NCBI GenBank assembly: GCA_963846575.1
Contig: CAWJWJ010000002.1
Span: 640,001 to 704,000 of the forward strand
Length of the DNA: 64,000 bases
Direction of reading: 5' to 3'
From: an uncultured Nitrospiraceae bacterium
GTDB taxonomy: Bacteria > Nitrospirota > Nitrospiria > Nitrospirales > Nitrospiraceae
Positions 10,037 to 19,841 of this stretch are shown piece by piece. Each line of letters opens with the position of its first letter. The stretch's first letter is position 1. The notes beneath the pieces are model-generated. The model made no database searches and was not told the origin of the DNA. It worked only from the letters and a program-made list of their open reading frames with translations. The position numbers and the translations under genes were made by a program.

Positions 10037-11077
10037 ATGTCGATGACATTGGCAACAAATGAGCTTCTCCTCTCTGTCCATGGCATCGATCTGGTCTTTA
10101 CTACCAATTCTCCAGAGTTGGCGAATTCCGTGGCGGCGTTACTGCGTCATTTCCAATGCCAGGCTGTCAATGCGGACGCCATGCTGATGCAGTTTGATAG
10201 GGTCGAGTGTCGTGAGGACATCCCACTCCAGATTTCGAGCACCGCATCCTTATTGTACAGCGGCTCCGGCCTTATGATTGGGGGCAAGAGGAAGGCAACC
10301 TGGCTATGCGACATTTACTCGGAAGAGGGGAGATTGATCGCAGACTTCCACGAAGAAGGAGTCGTGGTTATCGATGGAACATCGCAATCTGTACTAGGAT
10401 ACCTTGTGCGGCCTGAGCTTATGGCGTCAGATATTCAGGTCAGTTTTGTGCACCTTGCCATGATCGAACTCCTCAAACGGAGAGGTCTATATACCTTTCA
10501 TGCCACGGCACTGGAAAAGAATGGGCGAGGCATCTTGATCCCCGGGTTCAGCGGAAGAGGTAAAACCACCTCGTTCCTATCCCTACTTAGAGCTGGATAT
10601 CGCTATATATCGGACGATCATCCATTCTTTCGACTTGCCGGTGATCGCGTGGAGATTCTGCCTTATCCACTCAAAATTAACGTAACCGAAAGTACCGTGT
10701 CGTACTTTCCCGAATTGCGTGATGCGCCGGCAACCGTTCTGCGCGCCGGTTCGCCTAAACGTTATTTTTACGTTGATGATGTATATCCTGGGCCCTTAGG
10801 AGCACCATGTGACGCAACGATGATTCTATTTCCCGAAATTGCTGACTCCGCTCATAGCTGCTTAGAGCCACTCTCGAAACGGCAATCGTTGGAATTGATC
10901 CTCCCGCATTCATTGCTCGTGTACGATGCACAAGTCGCTCGTCATGAATTTCAAGCGCTCGTTAAGTTGATCGATCAGGCAAGTTGTTACCGGTTGCACT
11001 TTGGGCGCGACGTTCTGGATTTGCCTTGGCTGGTGACGCCGCTCCTGGAGAATCAAACAATGAGGCGCGAGCACTGA
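10037..11077 (+). CDS. HPr kinase-related P-loop kinase (RiPP kinase-like)
   Basis: FHATAL, Walker A GFSGRGKTT and YISDD signature; AAGGAG RBS. Confidence 0.82.
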   Translation: MSMTLATNELLLSVHGIDLVFTTNSPELANSVAALLRHFQCQAVNADAMLMQFDRVECREDIPLQISSTASLLYSGSGLMIGGKRKATWLCDIYSEEGRLIADFHEEGVVVIDGTSQSVLGYLVRPELMASDIQVSFVHLAMIELLKRRGLYTFHATALEKNGRGILIPGFSGRGKTTSFLSLLRAGYRYISDDHPFFRLAGDRVEILPYPLKINVTESTVSYFPELRDAPATVLRAGSPKRYFYVDDVYPGPLGAPCDATMILFPEIADSAHSCLEPLSKRQSLELILPHSLLVYDAQVARHEFQALVKLIDQASCYRLHFGRDVLDLPWLVTPLLENQTMRREH

Positions 11078-11079
11078 GA

Positions 11080-12375
11080 ATGAGGAAACCTCTGCAGCCT
11101 ACGGCAATCCGCCGGAATCGATTTCAGTCAAGGGATAGTTCGCACAGGTGCATGACGCCAAATCCAGTAACATCTCAGATGCATCTGGAAGGTCGGCTCA
11201 TCGTGCTCTGTGCGCGGACGACGATCAATGAGTTTATCCGGGTTGAGGTCGAGGATTTGATCAGTGAGACCATCGATTGGGATCGCGTATGGCGGATGTC
11301 GAGGCAACAGGGAGTGGCGCCACTGGTGTATCGCACCCTGTCCTCCCTTTGCCCTTCGGTGGTACCGTCCCACATCCATAACGCCTTCCGTCGGCACATT
11401 CAGGCCAATACCCTTTTAAACAGTTTGCTTGTCAAAGAGTTAGTGGCCGTGATGGAGGGTTTGGCGGCAAAGGGCATTCGAGCCATTCCCTTCAAAGGCA
11501 TAACGCTCGCCATGACTGCCTATGGGGATCTTAGCCTGCGTGAATGCGCGGACTTGGATTTAATCGTCGAGCAAGGGGCAATCGCTCCGGCCAGGCAGGT
11601 ACTATGGTCCCAGGGTTATCAGCTCACTAGTCAGGATAGAGAACAAGCCAGTGAGAGCGATGAACCCTATCATTTCTTCCAGAAAAAGAACGGCATTATC
11701 GCCGTGGATCTTCAGTGGGTAATGGCCAGAAGCCACTTTTCCTTTCGACTGGACCGGAGCGAATTCTGGGCCAGGCTGAAGCCGGTGCATTTACCGGCAG
11801 GAAGTGTGATGGGCCTTAGCCCGGAAGATCTCCTAATCCTGCTTTGTGTGCATGGATCAAAGCACGCGTGGGAACAGTTAAAGTGGACCTGCGATGTGGC
11901 CGAGTTAGTCCGACGGCGACCGACGTTGGATTGGAGCCGGGTCCTATTTCAGGCGGACGAATGGGGTTGTCGTCGAATGGTGCTCCTGGGCCTGACGATG
12001 GCTAGAAACCTGTTCGGCACTGTGCTGCCAGGTGCTATTCTCCACGAAATTGAAATAGATGCAGATATCCCAACGCTGGTCCGCCACATGCCAAATCAGT
12101 TGCTGAAGGAATCTGATGTGGGCATTGATGAAGGTTGCGCGGATGCCCTGTATATGTCTATCAAGGATGCTTGGCTGGAACGTTGGAAGCTTGCTGCTGC
12201 GCTCTGCCGTGAGGACGCGAGCGTGCTCACCATGTCACTTTCTTGGTTCCGGCTGCAATCAAGGCTTCGGGTATTCTATGCATGCATTCAGCCACTCCAT
12301 CGGATTATCGTTAAGTGCGTGCCCTCCACTCGGATTCGCAAAGCGGTTGTTCGGTGGCTACATAACATTGGCTGA
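11080..12375 (+). CDS. Nucleotidyltransferase family protein (NTP_transf_5-like)
   Basis: IPFKGITLA..YGDLSLRECADLDLIV (DxD), VDLQW, LCVHGSKH and LKWTCDV motifs; start uncertain (11080, 11152 or 11179). Confidence 0.82.
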   Translation: MRKPLQPTAIRRNRFQSRDSSHRCMTPNPVTSQMHLEGRLIVLCARTTINEFIRVEVEDLISETIDWDRVWRMSRQQGVAPLVYRTLSSLCPSVVPSHIHNAFRRHIQANTLLNSLLVKELVAVMEGLAAKGIRAIPFKGITLAMTAYGDLSLRECADLDLIVEQGAIAPARQVLWSQGYQLTSQDREQASESDEPYHFFQKKNGIIAVDLQWVMARSHFSFRLDRSEFWARLKPVHLPAGSVMGLSPEDLLILLCVHGSKHAWEQLKWTCDVAELVRRRPTLDWSRVLFQADEWGCRRMVLLGLTMARNLFGTVLPGAILHEIEIDADIPTLVRHMPNQLLKESDVGIDEGCADALYMSIKDAWLERWKLAAALCREDASVLTMSLSWFRLQSRLRVFYACIQPLHRIIVKCVPSTRIRKAVVRWLHNIG

Positions 12376-12571
12376 CGGCAGATTTCTCACCCGAAACGAA
12401 CCGCTCCCGTTCTTCTCAGCATGTGCTCCATTCTAAGTGGTTGCTCCCGAAAAAATTCGCATGCTAGGATGCCCCATGTGCCGATAGGGTTTATTGCTGA
12501 ACGTTGACCGCGGAATCAAAGAGACGGGGCATTCTTCGGTCCAGGATCCGGGCCCCCGGAAGGAGGTTCTT

Positions 12572-13114
12572 ATGAAGCGCACTTTGATAGCTCTAGTCAT
12601 CGCACTAGCACCCTTCTGGGCGACAAGTCTCATTTGGGCCGCTGGATTTTTTAAAGTTGGCGAGAAGGCACCGGCGTTTGCATTGACCTCAGTCACGGGC
12701 GATGCCGTTTCACTTGAGAGCATGAGGGGAAAAGTGGTCGTGCTGGGTCTGTTCCACATCTGTGATCCATGTATGATGCAAGGGACAAATTTAGAAAAGG
12801 TTCATGAAGCATTCGCTGGAAAGAATGTGGCCGTGGTCGGTATTAATTCAGCGGGGAACACCAAGCGCGACGTCGGAGAGTTTCTGAGTGCGTTTCCGGT
12901 CAAAATAACGTATCCATACTTACTTGACCCTAATAAGGCTACTGATAAAGTCTATGGCGGCGGAAAGTTTATCCCCAACGTATATATCATCGATCAGCAA
13001 GGCGTGATCCGGTGGCAGCGTGTGGGCAATATGGAACTGGCCGGCGCCGATGTGATCATACAAGAGGTAGAACAGCTTTTGGCGTCTGCGCCGGCTTCTG
13101 CCGGAGCCATGTAA
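12572..13114 (+). CDS. Exported redoxin (TlpA/AhpC-TSA thioredoxin fold)
   Basis: Signal peptide, VGEKAPAFAL, CDPC motif, IPNVYIIDQQGVIR; AGGAGG RBS. Confidence 0.85.
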   Translation: MKRTLIALVIALAPFWATSLIWAAGFFKVGEKAPAFALTSVTGDAVSLESMRGKVVVLGLFHICDPCMMQGTNLEKVHEAFAGKNVAVVGINSAGNTKRDVGEFLSAFPVKITYPYLLDPNKATDKVYGGGKFIPNVYIIDQQGVIRWQRVGNMELAGADVIIQEVEQLLASAPASAGAM

Positions 13115-13131
13115 ACGGAAAAAGAGGATCC

Positions 13132-13371
13132 ATGGACGAGTGGGAAGAGGGTAAAAAGAAGTTTCTCGAGGTTGTGCGTGGGATTCATGAGGCCGTGGAA
13201 GTTGTAATCCCGACGAAGCCGACCAACAATATGTTTCTGATCTCCCTGACGAAAGGGCCAAATCGGAAATTTGTCACCGTCTCAGAGGACGATATTATCG
13301 ATCTCCCCAGCGAAGCGAGCATCCGCGAAAGGGTCACAAAGACCTTGCAAGACGCGATTTCAGCATTGTAA
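13132..13371 (+). CDS. Hypothetical protein
   Basis: GAGG RBS, globular-looking 79 aa, fits the operon. Confidence 0.7.
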   Translation: MDEWEEGKKKFLEVVRGIHEAVEVVIPTKPTNNMFLISLTKGPNRKFVTVSEDDIIDLPSEASIRERVTKTLQDAISAL

Positions 13372-13394
13372 TTCCGAAAATCAAGGCGACGGAA

Positions 13395-13991
13395 GTGAAG
13401 CAAATCCTCCCTGGCATCTGGCAATGGTCTTGGTTCTCTGAAGACAAGCAGATCGACTTTAATGGTCTATTTCTCAGCGTAGGGGAACATAAAATTCTGG
13501 TTGATCCTCCTTCCATGGCCGCTGAAACCAGCACATTTATCAGACGTCAAGGAGGGCTGGATTACATTATCGTCACGAATCGGGACCATACACGGGAAGC
13601 GGCTGCCTATCAGTCTGAGTTTCGTTGCCAGGTGTATTTGCCTGATGCCGATGCGCCGCAAATGGACTTGAAAGCGAACAAAACGTTTAGAGATGGCGAA
13701 CTTCTGCCTGGTGGGATTTGGGTCATACAACTAAATGATCAAAAATCGCCCGGCGAATCAGGCCTATTTATTCAGCAGGGAAAAGGTGTGCTGATCGTCG
13801 GTGATGCGCTGATCGGAAAACCGACTGGGTTCGTGAGTCTGTTATTGCCTGAAAAATACAGTGACCCCGACAAGGCAAAGGAAGGGCTCCGGCGCTTGCT
13901 GAAATACAGCTTCGACTCGATTCTAGTCGGGGATGGCGCTAGCATTGTAGGTGGCGCCAAACAAGCAGTAGAGCGGGCGCTGCAGGCATAG
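13395..13991 (+). CDS. Metallo-beta-lactamase-fold protein
   Basis: ILVDP, degenerate TNRDH metal motif, SPGE and IVGDAL. Confidence 0.8.
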   Translation: MKQILPGIWQWSWFSEDKQIDFNGLFLSVGEHKILVDPPSMAAETSTFIRRQGGLDYIIVTNRDHTREAAAYQSEFRCQVYLPDADAPQMDLKANKTFRDGELLPGGIWVIQLNDQKSPGESGLFIQQGKGVLIVGDALIGKPTGFVSLLLPEKYSDPDKAKEGLRRLLKYSFDSILVGDGASIVGGAKQAVERALQA

Positions 13992-13997
13992 GAGAGC

Positions 13998-14822
13998 ATG
14001 GCGCTTCGAAACGGACTTTCAGAGGAACTCAACCGCCAAGGCAATGAGCACTTTGCGCGCGGGCACTACACGGATGCGTATGCCTGCTACGCGAAGGCGT
14101 TGGAGTGTGATCGGTTGACGGGTGATCATCGAGCGCTCAGCGCGACGCTGGGCAATCTTGGGAATATCTGCGCAGTCAGCGGTCGTCGAGAGTCGGCGCA
14201 GACTTATTATCAGGAAGTGCTTGAACTGCAGAAGGTTCTTGGAGATGAGAAGGGGATAGGAACGACGCTGGCCAATCTTGGAAACTTACGTGCCGATGCG
14301 GGCGAATGGGATCGTGCGAGAGCCTATTATCTGGAAGCGCTTGATATCATGACACGCGTGCATGATGAACTGGGGAAGGCCGTCTTGTTCTCAGATCTGG
14401 GCCTTGTGGCGCGGGAAACCGAGCAGTTTGAGGATGCCCTTCGTTACTATGAGCAGTCCCTCGTCCTCATGCGTCGTCTGAACAACCAAGGGGGTGTTGC
14501 CGATGCCTGGCGCATGATGGGCCGAACCTTCGCCATCCAGAAGCGATATGAAGACGCCATCGCCTGTTGCCATACGAGTCAATCGATTGCCGAACGAAGT
14601 CGTGATGAATTGCGCGCCGGCGGCGCCCGGTACGTTTTGGTACAATGTTATGAAGATCTGGGACAGATTCAGATGGCTGTTGAATTATTGGAGCAGGTGG
14701 TTCGTATGGATCAGAAGTACGATCTCCCGAAATTAGCCGAGAATACCAACAGGCTTGAACGTCTCCGTGTCCGCCTTGCCGCAGGAGACCCTACCTCCCA
14801 CCATTGGCAGTCGCACGTATGA
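13998..14822 (+). CDS. Tetratricopeptide repeat protein
   Basis: Repeated LGNLG...A..YY..AL TPR units. Confidence 0.88.
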   Translation: MALRNGLSEELNRQGNEHFARGHYTDAYACYAKALECDRLTGDHRALSATLGNLGNICAVSGRRESAQTYYQEVLELQKVLGDEKGIGTTLANLGNLRADAGEWDRARAYYLEALDIMTRVHDELGKAVLFSDLGLVARETEQFEDALRYYEQSLVLMRRLNNQGGVADAWRMMGRTFAIQKRYEDAIACCHTSQSIAERSRDELRAGGARYVLVQCYEDLGQIQMAVELLEQVVRMDQKYDLPKLAENTNRLERLRVRLAAGDPTSHHWQSHV

Positions 14823-15256
14823 ATACCTCTGCCCTTCCTTCATGGGAACGCATTCGATCCCATCTGCGTGCAGTCATTCCACAGTTTTATGAACTTGAGC
14901 CAGAAGGTGCCCTCGCGTTGGATTTAGGGGACGATGGCTGGTTGCTTGAGGTGAGGTCGGATGGGCAGTTCTTCTGTCAATACGGGGTTGCCATGGACGA
15001 TGTCAAAAGTCTGATGTGCGACGGGACGACGGAGGATCTGGGGACCGATGAGGTAGCGAAACAGGCCAAATTTTTTCTGGGTCCTGCAGTATCAAAAATG
15101 CGACCGACTCTACGTAATGCTGGGTTTTCGGAGCAGACAGAAATGAATGATGACTTCGTTGCCATTATCTTTTTTAAGAGCCTCGACTTCGATCGGCCTG
15201 ACGAGATAGTGGCGGCGGTGCATTGGTGTCAGAATCTGTTTAGAACCCGCCCCTAA
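14819..15256 (+). CDS. Hypothetical protein
   Basis: ATGA-coupled to the TPR gene; plausible composition. Confidence 0.7.
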   Translation: MNTSALPSWERIRSHLRAVIPQFYELEPEGALALDLGDDGWLLEVRSDGQFFCQYGVAMDDVKSLMCDGTTEDLGTDEVAKQAKFFLGPAVSKMRPTLRNAGFSEQTEMNDDFVAIIFFKSLDFDRPDEIVAAVHWCQNLFRTRP

Positions 15257-15283
15257 TGCGAGTCGAGCCCTGTCCTCACCCCC

Positions 15284-16297
15284 ATGCCGAGAACCTCGAT
15301 AACAACCATTGAAGGCTTCCGTGCAGCGTTAGCCGCTTATCGATTGCCTCGGGTGATTCTTACTGCACTGGATTTGGACCTGTTTACAATCATCGCTTCT
15401 CGAACATGGTCCATTACAAAATTGGCCCATGCCCTCGGCGTGAGCAATCGTGGGCTGGACATTCTTTGCCGGAACTTGGCGATGTCCGGTCTATTAAGAA
15501 AGCGAGGCGATAGCTATAGTAACGGCTCGTTCGCTGCTACTCAATTGAATGCCAAACATCCCCTATATCGGGGCGCTTATCTGGAGCTGCTGAAGAGTCA
15601 ATGGACTGATTGGTCCCGTCTGACGGAATCGGTGAGGTCTGGGCGGCCGTTGGAATCCGATGTGCGCGAGGTGCCGGCTTATCGACGACGGTTTACCTGG
15701 GCTATGCACCAGCGCTCGTTTGAGGTGGCAGCCAGAGTCGCGGCGGCGCTTGATCTGGAGAAAGCTAAAAACCTATTGGATCTTGGGGGCGGACCAGGAA
15801 CCTATGCACTGGCATTTTTAGCTCAAGATGCAAAGTTGAAGGCAACGATCTGTGATCGCCCGGCAGCGCTTTCAGTGGCGAAGAAAATCGCTGCCGCGCA
15901 CAGGGCCCGGGAACGACTATCCTACCTTCCGCTCGACTTAATGCAGGAAGAACTTCCAAAAGGGTTCGATGTGGTGTGGTATTCCAACGTGCTGCATATT
16001 TATTCGCCTGATGAAAATAAGGCTTTGTTTCGGCGTATTATTTCCGCGGTCCCCCCCGGTGGGAGGCTGATCATTCAAGATGCATTCCTTCATGACCGAA
16101 CTGGACTTTACCCCGAAGAGGCGAGTCTGTTTGCTGTGAGCATGTTGCTCTTTACTGAGAGAGGCAATACTTATGCCCGACGGGATACCGCTCAATGGCT
16201 TAAGGAGGCAGGGTATGTAAAGATCAGGCGCGTCAAAATGAGGCAGGGGACCGAAGATTGGGATGGCGGCCTGATGGAGGCCTTTCGTCCGGCCTGA
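15284..16297 (+). CDS. SAM-dependent O-methyltransferase family protein
   Basis: N-terminal wHTH/dimerisation region, LLDLGGGPG, SNVLH, PGGRLII. Confidence 0.85.
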   Translation: MPRTSITTIEGFRAALAAYRLPRVILTALDLDLFTIIASRTWSITKLAHALGVSNRGLDILCRNLAMSGLLRKRGDSYSNGSFAATQLNAKHPLYRGAYLELLKSQWTDWSRLTESVRSGRPLESDVREVPAYRRRFTWAMHQRSFEVAARVAAALDLEKAKNLLDLGGGPGTYALAFLAQDAKLKATICDRPAALSVAKKIAAAHRARERLSYLPLDLMQEELPKGFDVVWYSNVLHIYSPDENKALFRRIISAVPPGGRLIIQDAFLHDRTGLYPEEASLFAVSMLLFTERGNTYARRDTAQWLKEAGYVKIRRVKMRQGTEDWDGGLMEAFRPA

Positions 16298-16649
16298 TTG
16301 TAAGGGCGGAACGGCCACCAAAGACCATTATTAAAAAGTTCAATAGACTGCTCGTCAGTGTGAGTATCAACAGCAGCGGCCGGGGAGCTGTTTGGCTGAC
16401 TTCTTGAACGATGGTCGCCAGGTCGAGTGCCAACGCGACCGTGCTGTACATTACCGCGACCATCGCGATCCATGACTGATGGATCACGAGTAGCCCTCCT
16501 ATCAGCAACGCCGGAAACATGAATAGAAACCCCATCAGTAGGCCATGCTCGATGACCGAGACAGGTGAAGTCGAACCGAAAAGAATGATCGCAGACTCCA
16601 CTGCAGTCAATGCGAGAAGAAAGGCGATGACTAGACGGGCTCCTACCAT
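16233..16649 (-). CDS. Four-TM membrane protein, hypothetical
   Basis: Four hydrophobic helices; 3' end overlaps the convergent methyltransferase. Confidence 0.65.
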   Translation of the reverse strand: MVGARLVIAFLLALTAVESAIILFGSTSPVSVIEHGLLMGFLFMFPALLIGGLLVIHQSWIAMVAVMYSTVALALDLATIVQEVSQTAPRPLLLILTLTSSLLNFLIMVFGGRSALTIRPDERPPSGRHPNLRSPASF

Positions 16650-16727
16650 ACTCGCACTATAGCCGTCGGTATAACGTACCGCAAGCGGACTTGTTCACAA
16701 ACCTTGCTCAATGGTACGTTATTGAGC

Positions 16728-17141
16728 ATGGATATCGAAACGCGGGACGGCCTGACAGTCCAGCGAAATTCCTGCACCGTTATCTACGACGGAGAATGTC
16801 GATTTTGTGTGAAGAGCAAGGAGGGTATCGAACGGCTGTCGCCTCCGGATCAATCAGCCAGTGTCAGATACATTCCCTATCGGAGTTTGGAAGCCGAGCA
16901 ACTTTTGGGTCCTGATCATCGACTCGGTAGACCGGATGTGGCCTATTGGATTGGCGCCGACGGCCAGGTTCGAAAGGGTTTGGATGCCATTCTGCCTCTT
17001 CTTCCCAGGCTTCCGGGCGGCCGTTTCTTGATGGCCTTTCTTGCACTGCCTCCTTGCCGATGGATCGCTCTTTGGTTATATCGGGTCGTAGCCAAGAACC
17101 GTTATCGGTGGTTTGGGGTCCTGCCTGTCAAACCGGCGTAA
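16728..17141 (+). CDS. DCC1-like thiol-disulfide oxidoreductase (DUF393)
   Basis: IYDGECRFC and YRVVAKNRYRWFG motifs. Confidence 0.85.
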   Translation: MDIETRDGLTVQRNSCTVIYDGECRFCVKSKEGIERLSPPDQSASVRYIPYRSLEAEQLLGPDHRLGRPDVAYWIGADGQVRKGLDAILPLLPRLPGGRFLMAFLALPPCRWIALWLYRVVAKNRYRWFGVLPVKPA

Positions 17142-17277
17142 GTATTCGACCGGTCAGCATTCGTTCAAGCCTTAGAATAGTTCGATAAACGGACCACCTT
17201 TGGAGGGGAATGCCCGTGCCGGGGTGTCATTTACCCGAGGATGAGAACCGGTGAGAATCCGCCCTACATGAGGGAGG

Positions 17278-18237
17278 ATGCACATGGTTCGATATCAACT
17301 TAAAATAGTCACGCATTGGAATAGGGGACGCAGTTATGACAAATGCCCCAAGGGGCCTAGCTCAGTCTCAAGGGGCAGGATAGCGGCATCAGTAGCGACG
17401 CTATGGATTGCGCTCATATTTTCGTCCAACTCTGCTCTCGCTGCCCCATATTGTCACCGTCAGGAAGTCCTCTCTGTTTGCGAAGCTAACACTCACATTC
17501 TGACTCAGTCATTTGGCCCTCACTCATCTGTTTTGGCCGCGGCATTTGGATTTCAGGCAGCTGGTTCTTCAACCATTACGGTCCGAACATATGATGCACC
17601 CACGGGGTCAATACTGTCCGAAGAATCATTCGACGTAAATGTCAAGGAAGAGGGCGCGGCTGAGTATGATGCCCACAGGGGCCGGATCTTTGCCGGCGGA
17701 ATTGGAACCGACCCAGAAGGTAAATCAAGGTTTATGTTACGGGTGTATGATGCGGAGACCGGTCGATTCCTATGGGAAGGTCAACTGAACTTGCTGAAAT
17801 CGCCTGAAGGTGGAATGACGAGGGCGGTCGCTGTGCTAGTCCCCAATAAGCAGGCAATGATTCAGACCGCATCGGAGGTTCCCGCCTCCTTCAAGACTCT
17901 GTTCTCGGTTCAAGCGGTGAATCCGACGACCGGAAGGATTGTCTGGCAGGATCAGTTTGCGCCAGGAGGCCGAAAGCGAGTGAAAGGTGAGGGGGTGCTT
18001 TTCAATTTGCCGATTGTCCGGTCAATGCAGGAACCCGTGGAGCATGTATTTGATTTGGTCGTGCGCACCTACGAACCGATGTCCGGAACCCTCATCTGGG
18101 AGGACTCGTTTGAGCAATTGGACCGCATCGACGACCCAGCGATCGACCCGGAAGACAATGCCCTGCCCCAGGCAATTCCTTCCTGGCGGTCCCTTGATTT
18201 CGAACGACCCGGGATCTATCGGACGGCATTGCGGTAG
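17278..18237 (+). CDS. Exported protein with PQQ-like beta-propeller blade repeats
   Basis: Signal-like segment ending ALAA; four repeats like VRTYDAPTGSILSE and LRVYDAETGRFLWE; start uncertain. Confidence 0.65.
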   Translation: MHMVRYQLKIVTHWNRGRSYDKCPKGPSSVSRGRIAASVATLWIALIFSSNSALAAPYCHRQEVLSVCEANTHILTQSFGPHSSVLAAAFGFQAAGSSTITVRTYDAPTGSILSEESFDVNVKEEGAAEYDAHRGRIFAGGIGTDPEGKSRFMLRVYDAETGRFLWEGQLNLLKSPEGGMTRAVAVLVPNKQAMIQTASEVPASFKTLFSVQAVNPTTGRIVWQDQFAPGGRKRVKGEGVLFNLPIVRSMQEPVEHVFDLVVRTYEPMSGTLIWEDSFEQLDRIDDPAIDPEDNALPQAIPSWRSLDFERPGIYRTALR

Positions 18238-18240
18238 CGC

Positions 18241-19683
18241 TCAGGATTTAGACTCTAGCAATGTGCCTCCCACGCTGTCGGCCCATTGTTTTTGGAAGTG
18301 GTCATAAGAGAGTCGGAGGCTGTCCTGCATGGCGGCGGCAATTGTTTGACGGGCTTTCAATTGCAGGAGAATCTCGTGCACCTTGTGCATGCCGAAGCGT
18401 TGGATCAGATACTGTGTTGCTGCATTGGCCTCTGCATAGGCAATGTGGGCGTTCTCTGCCGGTAATCCCTCCCAATTGCCTTCTAGCGCGCTCAGTGGGA
18501 CCAGACCGTGTTCCCCGGGAGTCAGTGGTTGTAAGTCCTGAGAAGGGTCACCAGCCAGTTGCATTGCCAGGCCTTCGTTCAGCCAGGTAGGAATGGTTCC
18601 GCCATTGGATCCAAGCTCCTCATGAATGAGGGCATGGACGAACTCATGACGGAGTACACGGGTCAGCCACACGGGATTTGTGGCGGCCCCCTGTGTGGGA
18701 ATTTGAATGCGTCCAAGGGTGGGATCGAACAGACCGTCGGCCCAGGTGGGTCCACCGGTGACTGCTGGAAACTGATCTTTTGTGAGGAGAACGACCATGA
18801 CAGGACGGGAAGGATAAAAGTTGAATTTCTGACCAATCTCTCGATAGGCCTCCTCAAGAATATCGAGGACGGTGGTCCAGGTCGCAGGATCCTCATTGCC
18901 ATCGTACTTGACCGTGAAGTGACTGCTCTTGTGGGTGACGAACTTTTCCTCAACTTTCTCTGAGTGATGTACCTTTGAAGCGACAGCATTCAAATAGGAT
19001 TGCAGGCCAGGGTCACTCTTGATCCGTTCGTTAGCCTGGGCGAGGTGTTTGCCGGCCTCCGTCAGATCACCTCTCTCTTGTAACAGGTCAGCCAGGGCTG
19101 CATGGGGGAATGCCTCGTCCGGAGCTAAGGCTAAAACTTTTCTCAGGAATTCCTCTGTAAGTGCCGGGTCTCGCAGGCCCCAATACGCATTTGCAAGATT
19201 AAGATGGACCACCCGATTCTGAGGGTCCAAGGATACCGCTTTCTTGAAGGCCTTCACCGAAACTTCTGTCCCGCCAACTTTTTCCTGAAGGATTCCGAGA
19301 TTGTTCCACAAAATGGCCACATGCCGCTTGGTGGCCGATTCTGTAAACAGGGACGACGGAAGCTCCCTCAATTTCGTTTCTGCCAAGACAAGGTTGCGTT
19401 TCTCCAGCTCTTCATGAATCACCCCGAGCATCTCTGAATGCCTCGGAAGTGGAATGCTGACGGGATCAAGAGTCCGGGACCGCTTTGCCTCCAGGGCGAC
19501 CCCTGCTTCGTGCGGTACTAATGGGGCCGGCGATACGGCGGGCCCATTTTCAGCGATGACCTGCGGGGGAAGCGAGAGTTTCTCGTGGAAATAGTGGGGC
19601 TTGAGCCAAACTTGATAAAGAATAAAGGCACTGATCAGAACTGCTATTGGCCCCAGGATATGCCTAATATTGCGTCGATACAT
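18241..19683 (-). CDS. TPR plus peptidase MA-like zinc metalloprotease, membrane anchored
   Basis: N-terminal TM helix, TPRs, HEFVH and PTWLNEGLA. Confidence 0.85.
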   Translation of the reverse strand: MYRRNIRHILGPIAVLISAFILYQVWLKPHYFHEKLSLPPQVIAENGPAVSPAPLVPHEAGVALEAKRSRTLDPVSIPLPRHSEMLGVIHEELEKRNLVLAETKLRELPSSLFTESATKRHVAILWNNLGILQEKVGGTEVSVKAFKKAVSLDPQNRVVHLNLANAYWGLRDPALTEEFLRKVLALAPDEAFPHAALADLLQERGDLTEAGKHLAQANERIKSDPGLQSYLNAVASKVHHSEKVEEKFVTHKSSHFTVKYDGNEDPATWTTVLDILEEAYREIGQKFNFYPSRPVMVVLLTKDQFPAVTGGPTWADGLFDPTLGRIQIPTQGAATNPVWLTRVLRHEFVHALIHEELGSNGGTIPTWLNEGLAMQLAGDPSQDLQPLTPGEHGLVPLSALEGNWEGLPAENAHIAYAEANAATQYLIQRFGMHKVHEILLQLKARQTIAAAMQDSLRLSYDHFQKQWADSVGGTLLESKS

Positions 19684-19841
19684 TGGATTTCTTCAGGTGA
19701 AACCGATGATTACTCTAGCATCGAGAGCCTGAACGACCTAATAAAGTCGTGAAACAGGTTGTAACCGCGGACATGCAGCTCCATTCCTGCTGGGCTATGT
19801 CGTTGAGCCCCAGGCATGGCTGTGATACATTTCTGACCAGG

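Noticed and set aside
8703..12375. Calling the cluster a canonical lasso peptide BGC
   Set aside because: There is no cyclase in the window and no Asp/Glu at core positions 7-9; a cyclase elsewhere in the genome cannot be excluded
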